DNA from: Torpedo marmorata
Lineage: Eukaryota
Length of the DNA: 64,000 nucleotides
Reading direction: 5' to 3'
NCBI GenBank assembly: GCA_977017645.1
Contig: OZ360241.1
Span: forward strand, 35,836,001 to 35,900,000
The translations under genes were made by a program, and so were the position numbers. A model generated the notes under the pieces. That model saw only the letters and a program-made list of their open reading frames with translations. It was not told the origin of the DNA and did not search any database. This document shows, piece by piece, positions 13,681 through 26,568 of this stretch. Every line of letters begins with the position of its first letter. Within the stretch, counting starts at the first letter, position 1.

Positions 13681-16600
13681 CGGTCCTGACGGATGGAACT
13701 CTGAATCCAGCGCTCGCAGAGCCCGGCCAAACCAATCCATGAATTCAGGGGCTTTGCCCCTCCATTTCAAACCTCAACACCCAAATATCTCGATGTCTAG
13801 AACAGATTATGCAACGTGTCTTTTCAAACACATGAGGATGACTCAGTGCAAAAGGCAGAATTTTGTCATTTTTAATGGACGAAACTTACTTCATCTTGTA
13901 TGTACATTAACCTACAATCCTATTTTATATACAACATGCATGTTCTATATATACAAAAGTAAACATCACAGAGACTTGATTTAGCATAGTTATCTGAATA
14001 TTGGCATTTGGGTTTCAGTGAAGCTCATGGATTAAAAATTTCCCAGTTTTGACTGCAAAAATTTTGCCTAAATTAGATTGACTGGTGTAGAAGGCTAAAT
14101 GCAAAATTTTACCCACAATTGTCATGTTTCATTTTTTTTTTTTTAAACATTTTAAAAGTAGCTTTAATGGTGAAAATGAACCAAAGCACTTTGTAAAAAG
14201 AAGCAATTAGAGATTTTGAGAAAGAATTGCATGACATGATTGTTGTTTTATAAGTATGGTTTTGAGTATTCATGCAAAAGTTGAATGGCAAATAGTTTTT
14301 ACAGAATGACTTCTAAAACGAGATTGCATGAAAGCTATCACAAATGAAGTAACTGAATCACAGAATTAGCTAAAATTGGGTCCAGACACTGGAATAAGGA
14401 AATTAGAGAGTGGGTGGCTGAGGTAACCAGGGGTTTTGAGGTCTCGGCTGCAACATTTAACGTGCTGACTAAGTTGGTGTCCACTTGGCTCAATTGGAAG
14501 CGGCCTCTAACCATCAAAAGTTCATTAAATGAAATCCCTCTCTCGAAGTGAAGCCTGATATTTCCATGGATATCAATTGGATGTTGTCAAAGAAGCTAAA
14601 CGTTAAGATCCCATGCCACATTTCCACTTAGGAGTTGAAAGTGAGTAGGCCTTTAGACATTTTGTTTGAACACTCATCTCTGCAAGGCTAACTAATATGC
14701 ACAGGTTCCTTTATGCTACCTGCCATTGCTGCCATCAAGAGTCTAGGTCTCAGATGGGAAGAGGACCATGAGAACATAAGAAATAGGAGCTTGTTGAGCC
14801 TGTTCTAGCATTCAATAAGATCATGGCTGGTCTAGCCATAGACTCGGCTCCACTTACCTGCATTTTCCCCAGAGCACCTTTAATTCCCCTTCTATGCAAA
14901 AATCTATCTAACTCTGTCTTAGAAAAAAGGGGGGAGAGGTGCAGGAGGCTGGGGTGCAGAGTGGATGGGATACTGAGGGATAACTAAGGTCTTTGTGATG
15001 GTGCAGGGGGAGGGGGAATGGTGGTGAGCCAATTTGCATATCTGGATCCCTCTGTATGTTAGCATATCAGACTTAAAAGGCCAGAAGAAATGTTGGTGAA
15101 CTGGTGTAAAACTTACAATAAATCCACATTTTCCCAATAAGATTATATTTTTCTTGAAATCAAATTGCAGTCTGCAAACAAAAAGACTCTACACACAGCT
15201 TTGATCACTATAACCCTGTGAATACTATCAAAATCAAAAAATAGTAAATTAATTGTGCACAGGCCGGCGAAGGATAAAATTGTTTCCATTGGTGCTACAT
15301 TTCAAAGTAAGTCTGTTATATTTGTGCTGGGAAATGCTTATTTTACGGCAATGGATACTTAATGGATATGTTGCACTCTTAATTACTATGATACCTCTTC
15401 TGCAGAAAAACACAATTTCACCACAAAAATAAATATATTTTTATAAAATTGTAAATCAGTAGGTTGTTGACACACCATGGACATGCTTTAAGTCACTCAT
15501 TATAAAACCACTACCTGCTCCTTTTGCATGGTGTATTTTGCAATAGTTTCAGTAACAGTCCCTGTTGCTTCCCTGACACAAAATATTTATCTGCAGGTCT
15601 TAAATAATCTAAGTCTGCACACACAGTATGATACCAGAAACTAAAATAATGACATTGAAAGAGAGGAAATCACACAGAATTTATTCATTGTGCTGTTCTT
15701 TAACTCCAGTATAAAATGCACAGTTTACATAAGCATGAGTCAGGAGAACTTTGGTTTAACTATTATTGAGTATCCAAATCTCAAGTCCATCTCTCAGTCT
15801 GATGTCAAAATATGAAATCCAATAGAAAGATGTCATAATTCTGACTTTTATAATCAGGCAGTACATCCTGAAGTGATAGAAATTGCCAGAATTATCTAAA
15901 TGATCTCGACAGTTATTAAATCAGTTATCCAATTTATCAGAACAAAGTATTCAATAGTATGGAATTTTTGCATCTTAGGTCAGGCCATTTGGCCCATTAC
16001 GCTTGTGGTATCATCCTCCTTCACATTCCCTATTTGTGTTAAAAGTCCTTTTGTTATCAATTTCCCCTTTGAAATTATTTACTGTCTCTGCTTCATTAGT
16101 CCGTGGCACTGAGTTCCAGATTTTAACCACCTGGTAAATAAAGTTGTTCTGGCTTCCTCTTTTTTTTTTACAACCATAAGCTTTTCACTCCATTATCAAT
16201 TATTTACCTTATTATAACCCTCCATCATTTTGAAAACATAACTTGGGTTATCTGTTAAACTTATAAGTGTCAATGAAAACATTCCAGGCTTCTCAAGTTT
16301 ATTTTTGATAATGCATCATTCCAACAAATTCCTATTGAATCTACGCTACATATTTTGTTCATTCTCCCCTCCAGGATGCACAAAACCCTGCAAGCAGCAT
16401 TGCAAAACTTGTATGGTTTCTTGCCTATTTATTTAGTACCACCTTTCTCGTCTATTTCTTAAATCTCCAACATCAGTGATTTGTTTCTGACATTTTCAGA
16501 ACATGATATGGGACCATCAATTCCGAAAGAAATTCATGATCTGTTTTCCCAGCTAATGTGCTGGCAGATCAGTGTGCATGTTATCTTCATCAATATTCTC

Positions 16601-16719
16601 AATGGTGGGAGATGGATGTTGGTGCTTTCAGGTATACTACCATGGCTTTGCATGATGGGTTGGTGAAGATGTTGGTTGAAGACCATAGGCATATCCATCA
16701 CAATTGTTGATTCACATAG

Positions 16720-16985
16720 AACCATAGAACACTACAGCACAGAAAACAGGCCCTTTGGCCCTTCTGGTCTGTGCGGAACTATTTTTCTGCCTCGTCTCCC
16801 ATGTACCCATCCAATTTTTTTTTAAATGTCAAAATTGAGCCTGCATTCACCAATTCAGCTGGCAAGCTCGTTCCGCACTCCCACCACTCTCTGTGTGAAG
16901 AAGTTCCCTTAATGTTCCCTCTAAACTTTTCCCCTTTCACCCTTAACCCATGTCCTCTAGTTTTAGTTATCTCACCTAACCTAAA
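16720..16985 (-). mobile_element. CR1 LINE 3' end fragment
   Basis: TRGHGLRVKGEKFRGN motif and 3' tail AGAACCATAGAACACTACAGCACAGAAAACAGGCCC (antisense); homologous to 53690-54140. Confidence 0.8.
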
Positions 16986-17165
16986 GCAAGAAAGTCTCAG
17001 ATGCTGGGGTCGAGTGCAGTACACAAAAGTGCTGGAGAAACTCCACAGGAAGTAAAAGGCAGTCAACGTTTTTGGGCCTGAGCCCTTTGTCAGGAATTCT
17101 TTTGCTGCTATGGATGCTGCGTGATCTGCTGAGTTTTTCCAGCACTTTTGTGTACTGCACTGTTG
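16985..17165. mobile_element. Palindromic Penelope-derived short element
   Basis: Inverted arms GTGCAGTACACAAAAGTGCTGGA / TCCAGCACTTTTGTGTACTGCAC around a GGGCCTGAGCCC hairpin. Confidence 0.7.
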
Positions 17166-17459
17166 ATTCATGTTGCCACATTGAACACTGTATACAGGAG
17201 GAGTCAATGCCTAGACAAGTCCTTTGTCTTTCGTGTTTCTAATAAAAGAACCAAAGCATGCTCATAAGCCATATAACCATACAGTTCTCCAGAATCATTG
17301 AGACATACAATTCAGAAATGGCGTCAGCCCACACTGAAAAAATGCGTTTACACTAATTGTACCAATTCCATTTTTTATTCTCATAACATTCCCATTACGT
17401 AGTTTCCTCCAAATTCTTTCACACTTTACAGTGGCCATTTAACTTTCCAATTCTAACAC

Positions 17460-17780
17460 CTTTGCAACTTCTACAGATGCACCATAGAAAATATCTTGTC
17501 AGGGCGCATCACTGCGTGGTATTAGTACAACTGCCCAAAGCTGCAGTGGATTGTGAATGTGGCTCAGACCATCGCACATACTCCCCACCCCTCCATCGAC
17601 TTCACCTATACCCTCCGCTGCCTTGGAAAAGCAGCCAACATATTAAAAGACTCAGTCCATCTCGGCCACACTCTTCATCCCCCTCGCCCATGGGGAAGAA
17701 GATTTACGAGTGTGAGATCACACACCACCAGATTCAAGGACAGTATATTTCCTGCTGTAATCAGACTCCTGAATAGTAAC
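17460..17780 (+). mobile_element. Rex-Babar/L2-type LINE 3' fragment
   Basis: RCLGKAANILKDSVHLGHTL...TTRFKDSIFPAVIRLLN, the C-terminal motif shared with 41058-41792. Confidence 0.75.
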
Positions 17781-18269
17781 ATTATGTTGCCTTTGTTCTG
17801 TACCAACTGATAACCCTCTGTAACTCTGCAAGTTTGTACCGTGTCGTTCTTGCTGTACAAAGTATGAGATGATGAGATGTCTAGTCAGACAATTCACCAA
17901 ATAAACAAACCCTGCATCTTGGTACATGTACCTGGTACATGGTAAACTTGAGCCTGAATCTTTGGGATGTGGGAGAAAACCGGAACACCTGGGGAAAACC
18001 CAGATGGTCACAGGGAGAACATGCAAACTCCACACAGACAGACAGTAAGGCCAGGACTGAAGCCAGATCTCTGGGGTCTGAGGCAGCAGGTCTACCAGCT
18101 GCCCCGTTCTGTTGCTGGAGTCATGGTTCGGAGCTGATAGCCATGCAATAGAATGATCTTATTTTGCCCACTTGAAGAACAAAGAATTTAACAGTGAAGG
18201 CAGCATAATGTACAAAACAAACAAATAAGCTGCATTTGTGAACTAGCATGCACATTAGTCCTGAGAAGA

Positions 18270-18800
18270 CTGAAGCGGGCAAGACTACCGACCACCATCC
18301 TGTCAACTTTCTACAGGAGATCTATCGAGAGCGTCCTGGCCGGCTGCATCACAGTGTGGTATGGTTGCTGCAGAGAAATGGATCGGAGGTCAATCCACAA
18401 GACCATAAGAGCAGCAGAGAGGATCACTGGAGTCTCCCTTCCCCCCCCCCCCATCAACGTTATCTACCGGGATCGTTGTCTGAAGAGGGCATGCAAAATC
18501 ATTGAGGACCCCTTCCACCCCACACACAGCATCTTTCAGCTGCTCCCGTCGGGAAAGAGATACAGGGGTATCAGAGCCAACAACACCAGGCTGAACGACC
18601 AAAGGAACTGCTCACATAACCATCCGAGACTCATATTCATGAAACAATATTTATTTATTTATTTGTATACATGAATACTATGTTTTATCAGTCTGTATGT
18701 ATGTTATTGTCTGGTTGTGTGTCTGTGTGTTTTGCACCGAGGACTAGAGAACGTTGTTTCGTTGAGTTGCACTTGTGCAATCAGATGACAATAAACTTGA
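18270..18800 (+). mobile_element. Rex-Babar-type LINE 3' fragment
   Basis: IYRDRCLKRACKIIEDPFHPTHSIFQLLPSGKRYR and tail ending GATGACAATAAACTTGA. Confidence 0.8.
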
Positions 18801-21604
18801 CATCCTGACAGCGTCCCAAAGCGTTCAAACTCAATTAAATACATTGACAAATAGGAATTGTTGTAATGGAACCAATGTATCCTCCCATGGTCATACAAAC
18901 AGCAATGTAATGTGCTTACTTGTTTTAGAGTTTTACAGCGCAGAAACAGGCCCTTTTAGAGTTTTACAGCCCAGAAACAGGCCCTTTGCCCCAACCTGTC
19001 CATACCTGCATTTGGACCATATTCCTCTAGCGATAGTGACTTTGGTTGTGATATAAGCATCGACTGGCATTCTGGGAGAATTCATCTAATCTTTTATAGA
19101 GAGTCTTTTATAAGGTTGTCCAGGGCTTTGACATCAACATCTCATCTTCAAGACCAGCTCACACACTAAACCTTTCAGTACTGTTCAGAAGTATCAGTAA
19201 GCACCACAATTTGCTGACTCAGAGGTGAATACTTACCTATAGCAAAATGGGGAATGAATGCATCCCGAATCAGCTCAGAATTCCATTAAACATCCAGAGA
19301 AAAGTCACGTTTCTTTGCTAAATTCCTTTGCTTACTAAGCTAGTCAGTCAGTTACAAGAGTAAAACACAAAAGTCGGCAAACACCGTGATTGAAGTACTT
19401 CAGTCAGTTACAACATATATGATGTGCAGCAATGAATTTGGGATGCCTTAAATATCTTGATTCTTGTGGTGTCACAGTCTTTCCGTACTAAGCTGTTCTA
19501 TCAGCAAAGATAATTCACCCCTAGTATGAGGTTCAGGCTCTCAGTCTTCTGAGAAGTGCTGTCAACTGAGCGAATGCTGATAACAAAGCAACATTGCACT
19601 TCAGATCAGTTGACATTAGAGCAAGGGGAAGAGATAGTAAATCTGACTTGAAGCTTCATCATTTCACTTTCAACAAATAATGTTATTGAAAATCTGCTGT
19701 ACAAAATTGTTTGCTGGTACATATAAGCCAAAATCGTCATTCCTTTGTAAGTACCAATAAGATATAATCAAGTTTGATTTTTCATACACAAGGATTGTAG
19801 AATTATTCAACTTTTCTCTCTTGCCCTAGCTCTCAAAGCTTGAATCAGTCATGACTTTCTCCTCTACTTTTAAACAGCAAGGTATGTTATTGAAGGATTA
19901 GAAGCAGTTCTTTCAGATAAGAAGTGATGTACATCATTCAGAGGATATATTTTAAAACTGGAGTATAACAAAGATTAACTGGAAATTCTATTCCTGATAC
20001 TAATGCAGTTTTGGTATGAGCTTGTTTAGTAGTGCAAAAGAATAGCATAGTTTCAATGAGAACAAATTCAAGGTGTGGGACCAGATTGAATTATGATCTG
20101 TTTCTGCACCAATAACTAATAAGTGACATAAAAAATCTTCTAATCTATTGCCTTTCAAATGTAAATGACCACACTACATAGATTAAACAAAATTAACAGA
20201 CAATTGCAAGTGAGTTTCAAATAATTGGGATTGACCTTGCTATAATTCAATCCAAGTGTACTGTGACATTTGTGAACCATTTGAGCTTTTTTTGTCTTCA
20301 AGTTTTAAACACCATCTCAATCAGTCAATTGATTTACAGTCCTATAACTCAGTGTTGTCCAATACATTAACTACTACCACACATGGCTAATTGGGAATCC
20401 AGATGTGGGAATTGAAGTCCTGATTAGGAAATGAAGAATGAGTTCTAAACATCATTATTGCCCGTTTGATCCCATTACTCACTCAGATGGCAAATGTATG
20501 TGGATTTCAAAATTTCTTTGTATTTGTTCATTAAACAGAATGACAAAAAGCAGAGTATGCAGGTGGTTGATGTTAGTTAAGTAAATGGCCACGTGAAATA
20601 CATTTATCTGTAGCTTGTGTGTGAATATAAGCTATTTTCTTTCAAAGTTAGCACAATATTGACACCTGTGGCCTGCCAGCAAATTCCATTAGACTACAGT
20701 GTTTAAATTTGTTGTCAATTGCTAGGCTGTAAGCAACCGTGTGGGTTGAAAATGAACCAATGTAATTTATGGCATTTCTATATGAAGCAGACTTTACTTG
20801 TGATTCAAAATTTCAGGACACACCTTGTGTTCTGTGTCCTGACCACAGAATCCCAGCGATCTGTGCTGATTGGCAGCTTAGGTCAGGCATAATTCTGAAG
20901 ACAACTTCTTCTGGGGCAAAGATACACACTTCATCATTATAAAAAAGGCAGTTCCATCTCCCTGTAAAGACTCTTTTTTAGGCCGCTCATTTTCTTTGTC
21001 ATGGGATCGTTCAGTGTGGAAACAGGCCATTTGGCCCAACTGTACTACCATGCATTTATAGGAAGGTTGCTGCATTTTAATGTAGCTGTAACTATGTACC
21101 TTGTGTTTTGGAAAGGAAAAGTCAGTACTCAGGTTATCGAGCACATCACAAATTCAAACGGTGCCCAATGTGTTTTGATGTCAAGAGTACACAAGGTTAG
21201 AGGTAAAAGCATGGATAGGGGTGTAATATGTTATTGTTGAATTGGCAACCAGTACCTCGGGCACCCGCCTACATTTTGCTCATACTTTGATGAAGGGCTC
21301 AAGCCGAAATGTTGGTTATGTATCTTTATCTTTGCTATATAAAGTACACTGTTTGACCTGCTGAGTTTCTCCAGAATTGTGTTTTTACTTCAATCACGGT
21401 GTCTGCAGACTTTCGTGTTTCACTCTTTTTTACCTGTCGTTCTTCAGAAAAAAAAAATCTTTCCATTTTCTTCTTGGTTGCACATCGTACAAAGGTAGAG
21501 CAAGGCTGACTTAGTGTTCTGTCAATCAAACTTGGCCACCACACTGTTATGTAACTGAGATTAATTTCATACAGAAATATAACTGGGAGAATTTAATTTT
21601 TTTT

Positions 21605-21852
21605 TAAATTTAGACATACAGCACGGTAACAGGCCATTTCGGCCCACGAGTCCATGCCGCCCAATTTATGCCCAATTAACCTAGACCCCCGGTACGTTTC
21701 GAATGGTGGGGGGAAACCGGAGCCCCCGGGGAATACACACGCAGACACGGGGAGAACGTACAAACTCCTTACAGACAGCGCGGGATTCGAACCCTGGTCC
21801 CGATCGCTGGCGCTATAAAGGCGTTGCGCTAACCGCTACGCCAACCGTGCCA
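21605..21852 (-). mobile_element. tRNA-derived SINE (HE1/V-SINE-like), well preserved
   Basis: Reverse complement of the 1151-1395 family, CpGs retained. Confidence 0.85.
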
Positions 21853-21949
21853 ACCTTTTGTGATATTACACTAAATTTCCTTTAGTCTACCGTAAGGCAG
21901 ACAAAGATTCGCCATCAGCAGAAATTGCCTGGCGCCGTTGCTGTAGTTT

Positions 21950-22660
21950 CTGTTTCAGATTTATTGTCAGAGTACATACATAATATCACATACAACCCTG
22001 AGATTCTTTTTCCTGCGGGCGAGGCAGAATTACCAAAAAAAACTGACTCAACGTACAGATGTAAATAAATAAAGAAATGTAAACAAACTGTGCAATATAG
22101 AGAAAAAAAATCAATAAAGTGCAAAAGTAAGAGTCCTTAAACAAGTCCCTGATTGAGTTTGTTGTTGAGGAGTCTGATGGTGGAGGGGTAGCAGCTGTTC
22201 CTGAACCTGGTGGTGTGAGTCTTGTGGCACCTATACTTCTTTCCTTATGGTAGCAGCGAGAACAGTGTGTATGCCGGGTGGTGTGGATCCATGATGATTG
22301 CTGCTGCTCTCCGATGGCAGCAATCCCTGTAGATGTTCTCAATGGTGGAAAGGGTTTTAACCCTGATGTCCTGAGCTGTGTCCATTATGTTTTGCAGGGC
22401 TTTACGCTCAGGGGCATTGGTGACCCATACCAGACCATGATGCAACCGGTCAGCATACTTTCCACCACACATCTGTAGAAATTTGCCAGGGTTTCCAATG
22501 TCATGCCAAACCTCCGCAAACTCCTGAGGAAGTAGAGGCGCTGACATGCTTTCTTCATGCTGCCATTGGTGTGTTGGGTCCAGGAAAGGTCCTCCGAAAT
22601 AGTGACTCCCAAGAACTTACATTTGCTCACCCTCTCCACCTCTGATCCCCCAATGATCAC
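21950..22660 (-). mobile_element. Rex-Babar-type LINE 3' fragment
   Basis: KFLGVTISEDLSWTQHT..KKACQRLYFLRSLRRFG; closely similar to 40830-41580. Confidence 0.88.
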
Positions 22661-22867
22661 TGGATAATTTCTGGTGTTATTTTAATATAATCTGCTGATT
22701 AAATTATTTGCTATGAGTCAATGCCATCCATTTCATTGGCTCTTAATAAATCCTATTTTGTTAATTCCTCTCTTTTTAATTCAATCATTAAAGAACTTCA
22801 CTTCTGAATTGTACTTCAAACCCCACTCAATCTCATTTTAATTCTACCATTGTTAATAAGAATGGAA

Positions 22868-23490
22868 TAACTCCACTTGGTCCTGCGTAAAGGGGCGCCC
22901 CTTTTGGCATGATATTTCTAATACACTAACCAGAATTACGGGGGTAAACTTTCCGCTCGACCCGGAGTTGTATCTTTTAGGAAATTTAATGGACATAAGC
23001 TACAAATTATCTAAATTTCAAATTCAATTTGTAAAGGTTGCTTTGTCCGCAGCAAAGAAATGTATAGCAATAACTTGGAAGTCCGATTCCCCCCTTCTTA
23101 TCACTCGATGGTCAACAGAAATGCAGCTGTATTCCCATGGAGAAAATCACGTATAAATACGATACATTTGTTAAGGTGTGGCAACCATACCTGGAGTACA
23201 TTTGGGTCCAGTTATAACTCAAACTCCAAGGTACAGTAAAATGTAATGTGTAAAAAAAAATTAATGGTGTGACGTCTCCAAAAAGGTGGGAAAAGCAATG
23301 TAAGCACTAACGGTACATTTAGTTTTCTTTTATTTGTATGTCTTGTTTTTCTAGGTTTTGTTTTTCCTTTTTAGTTGGGGGGGAGGGAAGGGAAATTTAA
23401 AAATAATGTTGTATACAATTGGAAATTGTACGATTAAGTTTATATTGTTAATCTTTTTGTGAAAAATGAAAAAATAAAATATTCAAACAA
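22868..23490 (+). mobile_element. 5'-truncated L1/Tx1-type LINE
   Basis: ORF2 C-terminal motif FWHDI..L....LYLLG...AAKKCIAITWKS....W; AATAAA and A-rich tail; 13-bp TSD AATAAGAATGGAA at 22855-22867 and 23491-23503. Confidence 0.85.
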
Positions 23491-24584
23491 AATAAGAATG
23501 GAACAAGACCTGAGACATGAGTCAGTAGGGAGGTCTTGATAAATTGATGGAGTTTGAGATACAGAGAGGTGCAGAGTTGAATGGATTTTGATGCTGGAAG
23601 ATGAATTGCCTTAGTCTGTCTCTGTGGTAGGAGCCAGATGTGAATCTGTTACCTGATTTGTTCCTAAAATACACCACCACACACATCAATGACTCCGTTT
23701 TTAATAAGATTCCCGAAAGCAAGTCTTCATCAATGATCTCGATTTTAATGTGGATCAAGACAAATGAATTTTTTAATGAGTGGCTTGTACAATTCATAAT
23801 CTTTAATCGCTTGGCCAGTTCTTCAGATTGAAAATTGTACTGTAGACTCTGCTGAGTTATTTTATTGGACTGAAAGTGTTTGAGGAAAATTATGATTCAA
23901 GAATAAAGATTAAAATATTTGTTCAAAATCCATTAATTCAGTTATCAGTTTGCAAAAGATTTTCACGTTTCATTATTCATACTTGAAGGGCTTATCCATG
24001 AAGAGCTTATTTAAACTTCAATTTGGGTTTCACTTGATGAACATATAGAAAATACAAAATGCTAAGATCCATTAAGGTGGAATTGGAACACAATATGTAA
24101 GAGGCAAATTAAATATTACCCCTATCAGCTCAATAAAAAATGACTACGAGGGATTCAAGTCTATAATGATTTCAATGCACATCCAAAAAGGGATGAGATT
24201 CTGAGATATTGTAGAAGCTCAGCTGTGTGATTGGGGACTTTCATGCCCACTCCAAGAATGTCTCAGTGGAAATCATGCAACTGCAACAGGAAAAAACATA
24301 AATTTGGCACAAAAATTGTAGCATATCAAAAGGTATTAATTACTAATCAACTTACTCAGAACTGAAAAAGCAAGCACACAAGCAAAATTCTGAAGTATTT
24401 ACTAGTGTTGTCGTGCCTTTGGTATTGTAATAACCATTGTTTTCCAAATCTAGATGTTCTTTTAGCTTGCTGTGAAAAAAATCATTATGCATTTGGCTCT
24501 GTTTTGGTAATGCTTGTAAGAACACAGAGCATGGAACAATACAGCACAGGAACAGGCCCTTCGGCCCACATGTCTATGCCGAAC

Positions 24585-24920
24585 ATGATGTCAGAATCAG
24601 AATTTATTGTCATGAACAAGTCATGAAATTCGGTGCTTTGCGGCAGCATCATAGTGCAATTAACATTCATATTAACCATTCTAACGACATTACTATATAA
24701 AATTATAAACAATAGTGCACTAGTGTCTTTGGTTCATTGATTGTTCAGGAATCTGATGGCAGCGGGGAAGAAGCTGACCTTGTGCCGTTGAGTGCTCGTC
24801 TTTAGGCTCCTGTACCTTTTCCCCGATGGAAGCAGCGTGAAGAGGGCATGGCCTGGGTGGTGGGGGTCCTTGAGGATAGAGGCTGCTTTATTAAGACATC
24901 GCCTCATGTAGATGTCCTCG
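24585..24920 (-). mobile_element. Rex-Babar-type LINE 3' end
   Basis: Reverse complement of the 60650-61000 segment, including the TGACAATAAA(TTCTGA)n tail. Confidence 0.8.
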
Positions 24921-25222
24921 AGGCGATGTCAACATTTTGTTCCATAGTGATTCATGCTTCTTGAGATATAGGGTACAAAAATAACAATATTATAATTATA
25001 GTTGTGATTAAAAGGGAAATTTTATGAATTTAAAGTGTAATGGAATCATTGAATCTACTTTTGCTATTTCTATTGACAGCTCTGAATCGAACCACTGGTT
25101 GTTTAAATTGATTTTTCATGGTCTCCATTCATGCATTGTCAAATGAGGAAGACCTGATCTTCCAGATTCCTAAGGCTATGCTCGTTAGTATTCCCTGCAA
25201 CTTGAAGTTCAATGGCAGCACC

Positions 25223-25796
25223 CAGTGGCGGATTATCCATTAGGCTTAGGCTGAAGCCTAGAGGCCCGGAGGGTAAGGGGGCCCGAGCCGCGACTCCTGC
25301 GAGATTGTGTTTACCATGTCCATGACTTCAGACGCTGTGATTGTGGTGCAATACACAAATGTGCTGGAGCAGGTCACGCAGCATCTATATGAAGTAAAGG
25401 GTAGCCTGGTCTCGGTTTATCGTTTCACACTTACTGCGCGGGTGAAGCCGGTGACTGTGGGCCAGAGTTGGTGCTGCGCCGTTGCCAGGGTGACGCGCGC
25501 GGTGGTTTCTGAGAGCTGGCGGCGGCGGCATGAAGATTTGCGACGTGTGCGAGGAGGGGGCTCCGAAATACCGGTGTCCAGCCTGTCACCTGCGGAAGTA
25601 AGTGAACAACAGGAGGGGTGTGCGGCCAGCAGTGTCTGACCGGTGGCCGGTACTGCTAAATGAGAGGCCAGTAGCAAGTGGCGGGGGTTGGCGACGGTCG
25701 GCGGGGGTGGCCTGGGCCGCAGTGGGGAGCGAGGGGCGCCAGGGGTAGCCAGGGGGGGCCTTACTAAAGCTCAGCCTAGGGCCCGGGTGGTAGTTA
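25223..25796 (+). mobile_element. Non-autonomous hAT-family element, copy B (right TIR eroded), carrying captured host sequence
   Basis: Starts CAGTGGCGGATTATCCATTAGGCT (23/24 match to the reverse complement of the copy A right end); 25754-25796 is 43/43 identical to the reverse complement of 54445-54487; 25287-25326 is homologous to the reverse complement of about 56024-56064; no TSD recoverable. Confidence 0.88.
25530..25597 (+). pseudogene. ZNHIT3: Captured ZNHIT3-like exon 1 (N-terminal half of the zf-HIT finger)
   Basis: GCGGCGGC-ATG context, reads MKICDVCEEGAPKYRCPACHLR + AA|GTAAGT; matches ZNHIT3 CxxC..PKYRCPAC at the extreme N-terminus; no following exon recognised in the window; too short for the ORF track. 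Confidence 0.8.
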
Positions 25797-26354
25797 TGCT
25801 ATTGCCACATAGTGGAATGATCACATTGGACCTGAAGCAGAATCCAGGAGCCCATTGATTTTTACAAGGAAGCAAAGGAGACAGTAAGTAATTCTTGTAC
25901 AATTATTTTACATTACATTAGTTCTCTTAAGTATTATTTGGTGTTTCATCCTGTTACCTTTTTATTTTTTTTCAATAATGCTTTCCTTAGTTTTAATAAA
26001 TGAATGTCAGAGACATGTAAAATGATTAAAATCACCCTTTATAAAATGTCAAAGTCGTATCTCTAGCTTTGTAGGCTGTCGAAGGTCCCTAAGTATTTCC
26101 AGGGGGGACATCCTCACAGCTCCACTGAAGGCACTACCACTGCTCAGGATATTGGACTCCTCCTACATGTGATAGGTCAGCAAGACTGGCTGTGTGTACC
26201 TGGCCCTGGTGTAGATGTGGCGGTGATTTTTGGCAAAGGGGGTTGGCTAATAGTATTGTTACAGAAAGATTGATTTGGGTCTGTAATGCTGATCATTGTT
26301 ATAACTGCTGCTTACTCTGTCTGGATTCATCACCATCCCTTCTCTTATGTATTT

Positions 26355-26568
26355 AAATTTAAATTAGTCATACTAACAGGCCCTTCCAGCCCATGAGCCC
26401 GTGCCGTCCAATTACTCCCAAGGGTGGGAGGAAATCAGAGCGCCCGGGGAAAACTCATGCAGACACGGAGAGAACATACAAACTCCTTACAGACAGCGCC
26501 GGATTTGAACCCGGGTGGCTGGCACTGTAATAGTGTTACGCTAACTGCTACACTAACTGTGCCACCCA
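26355..26568 (-). mobile_element. tRNA-derived SINE (HE1/V-SINE-like)
   Basis: Same family as 1151-1395, internally deleted. Confidence 0.8.

Noticed and set aside
18928-18987. 31-bp direct duplication AGAGTTTTACAGC.CAGAAACAGGCCCTTT
   Set aside because: Ordinary slippage at a CR1 3' tail; a similar one is at 53689-53820.
25797-25815. Right TIR and TSD of hAT copy B
   Set aside because: The match stops after TAGTTA at 25796 and the left flank GCAGCACC is not repeated, so the end is eroded and no TSD is claimed.
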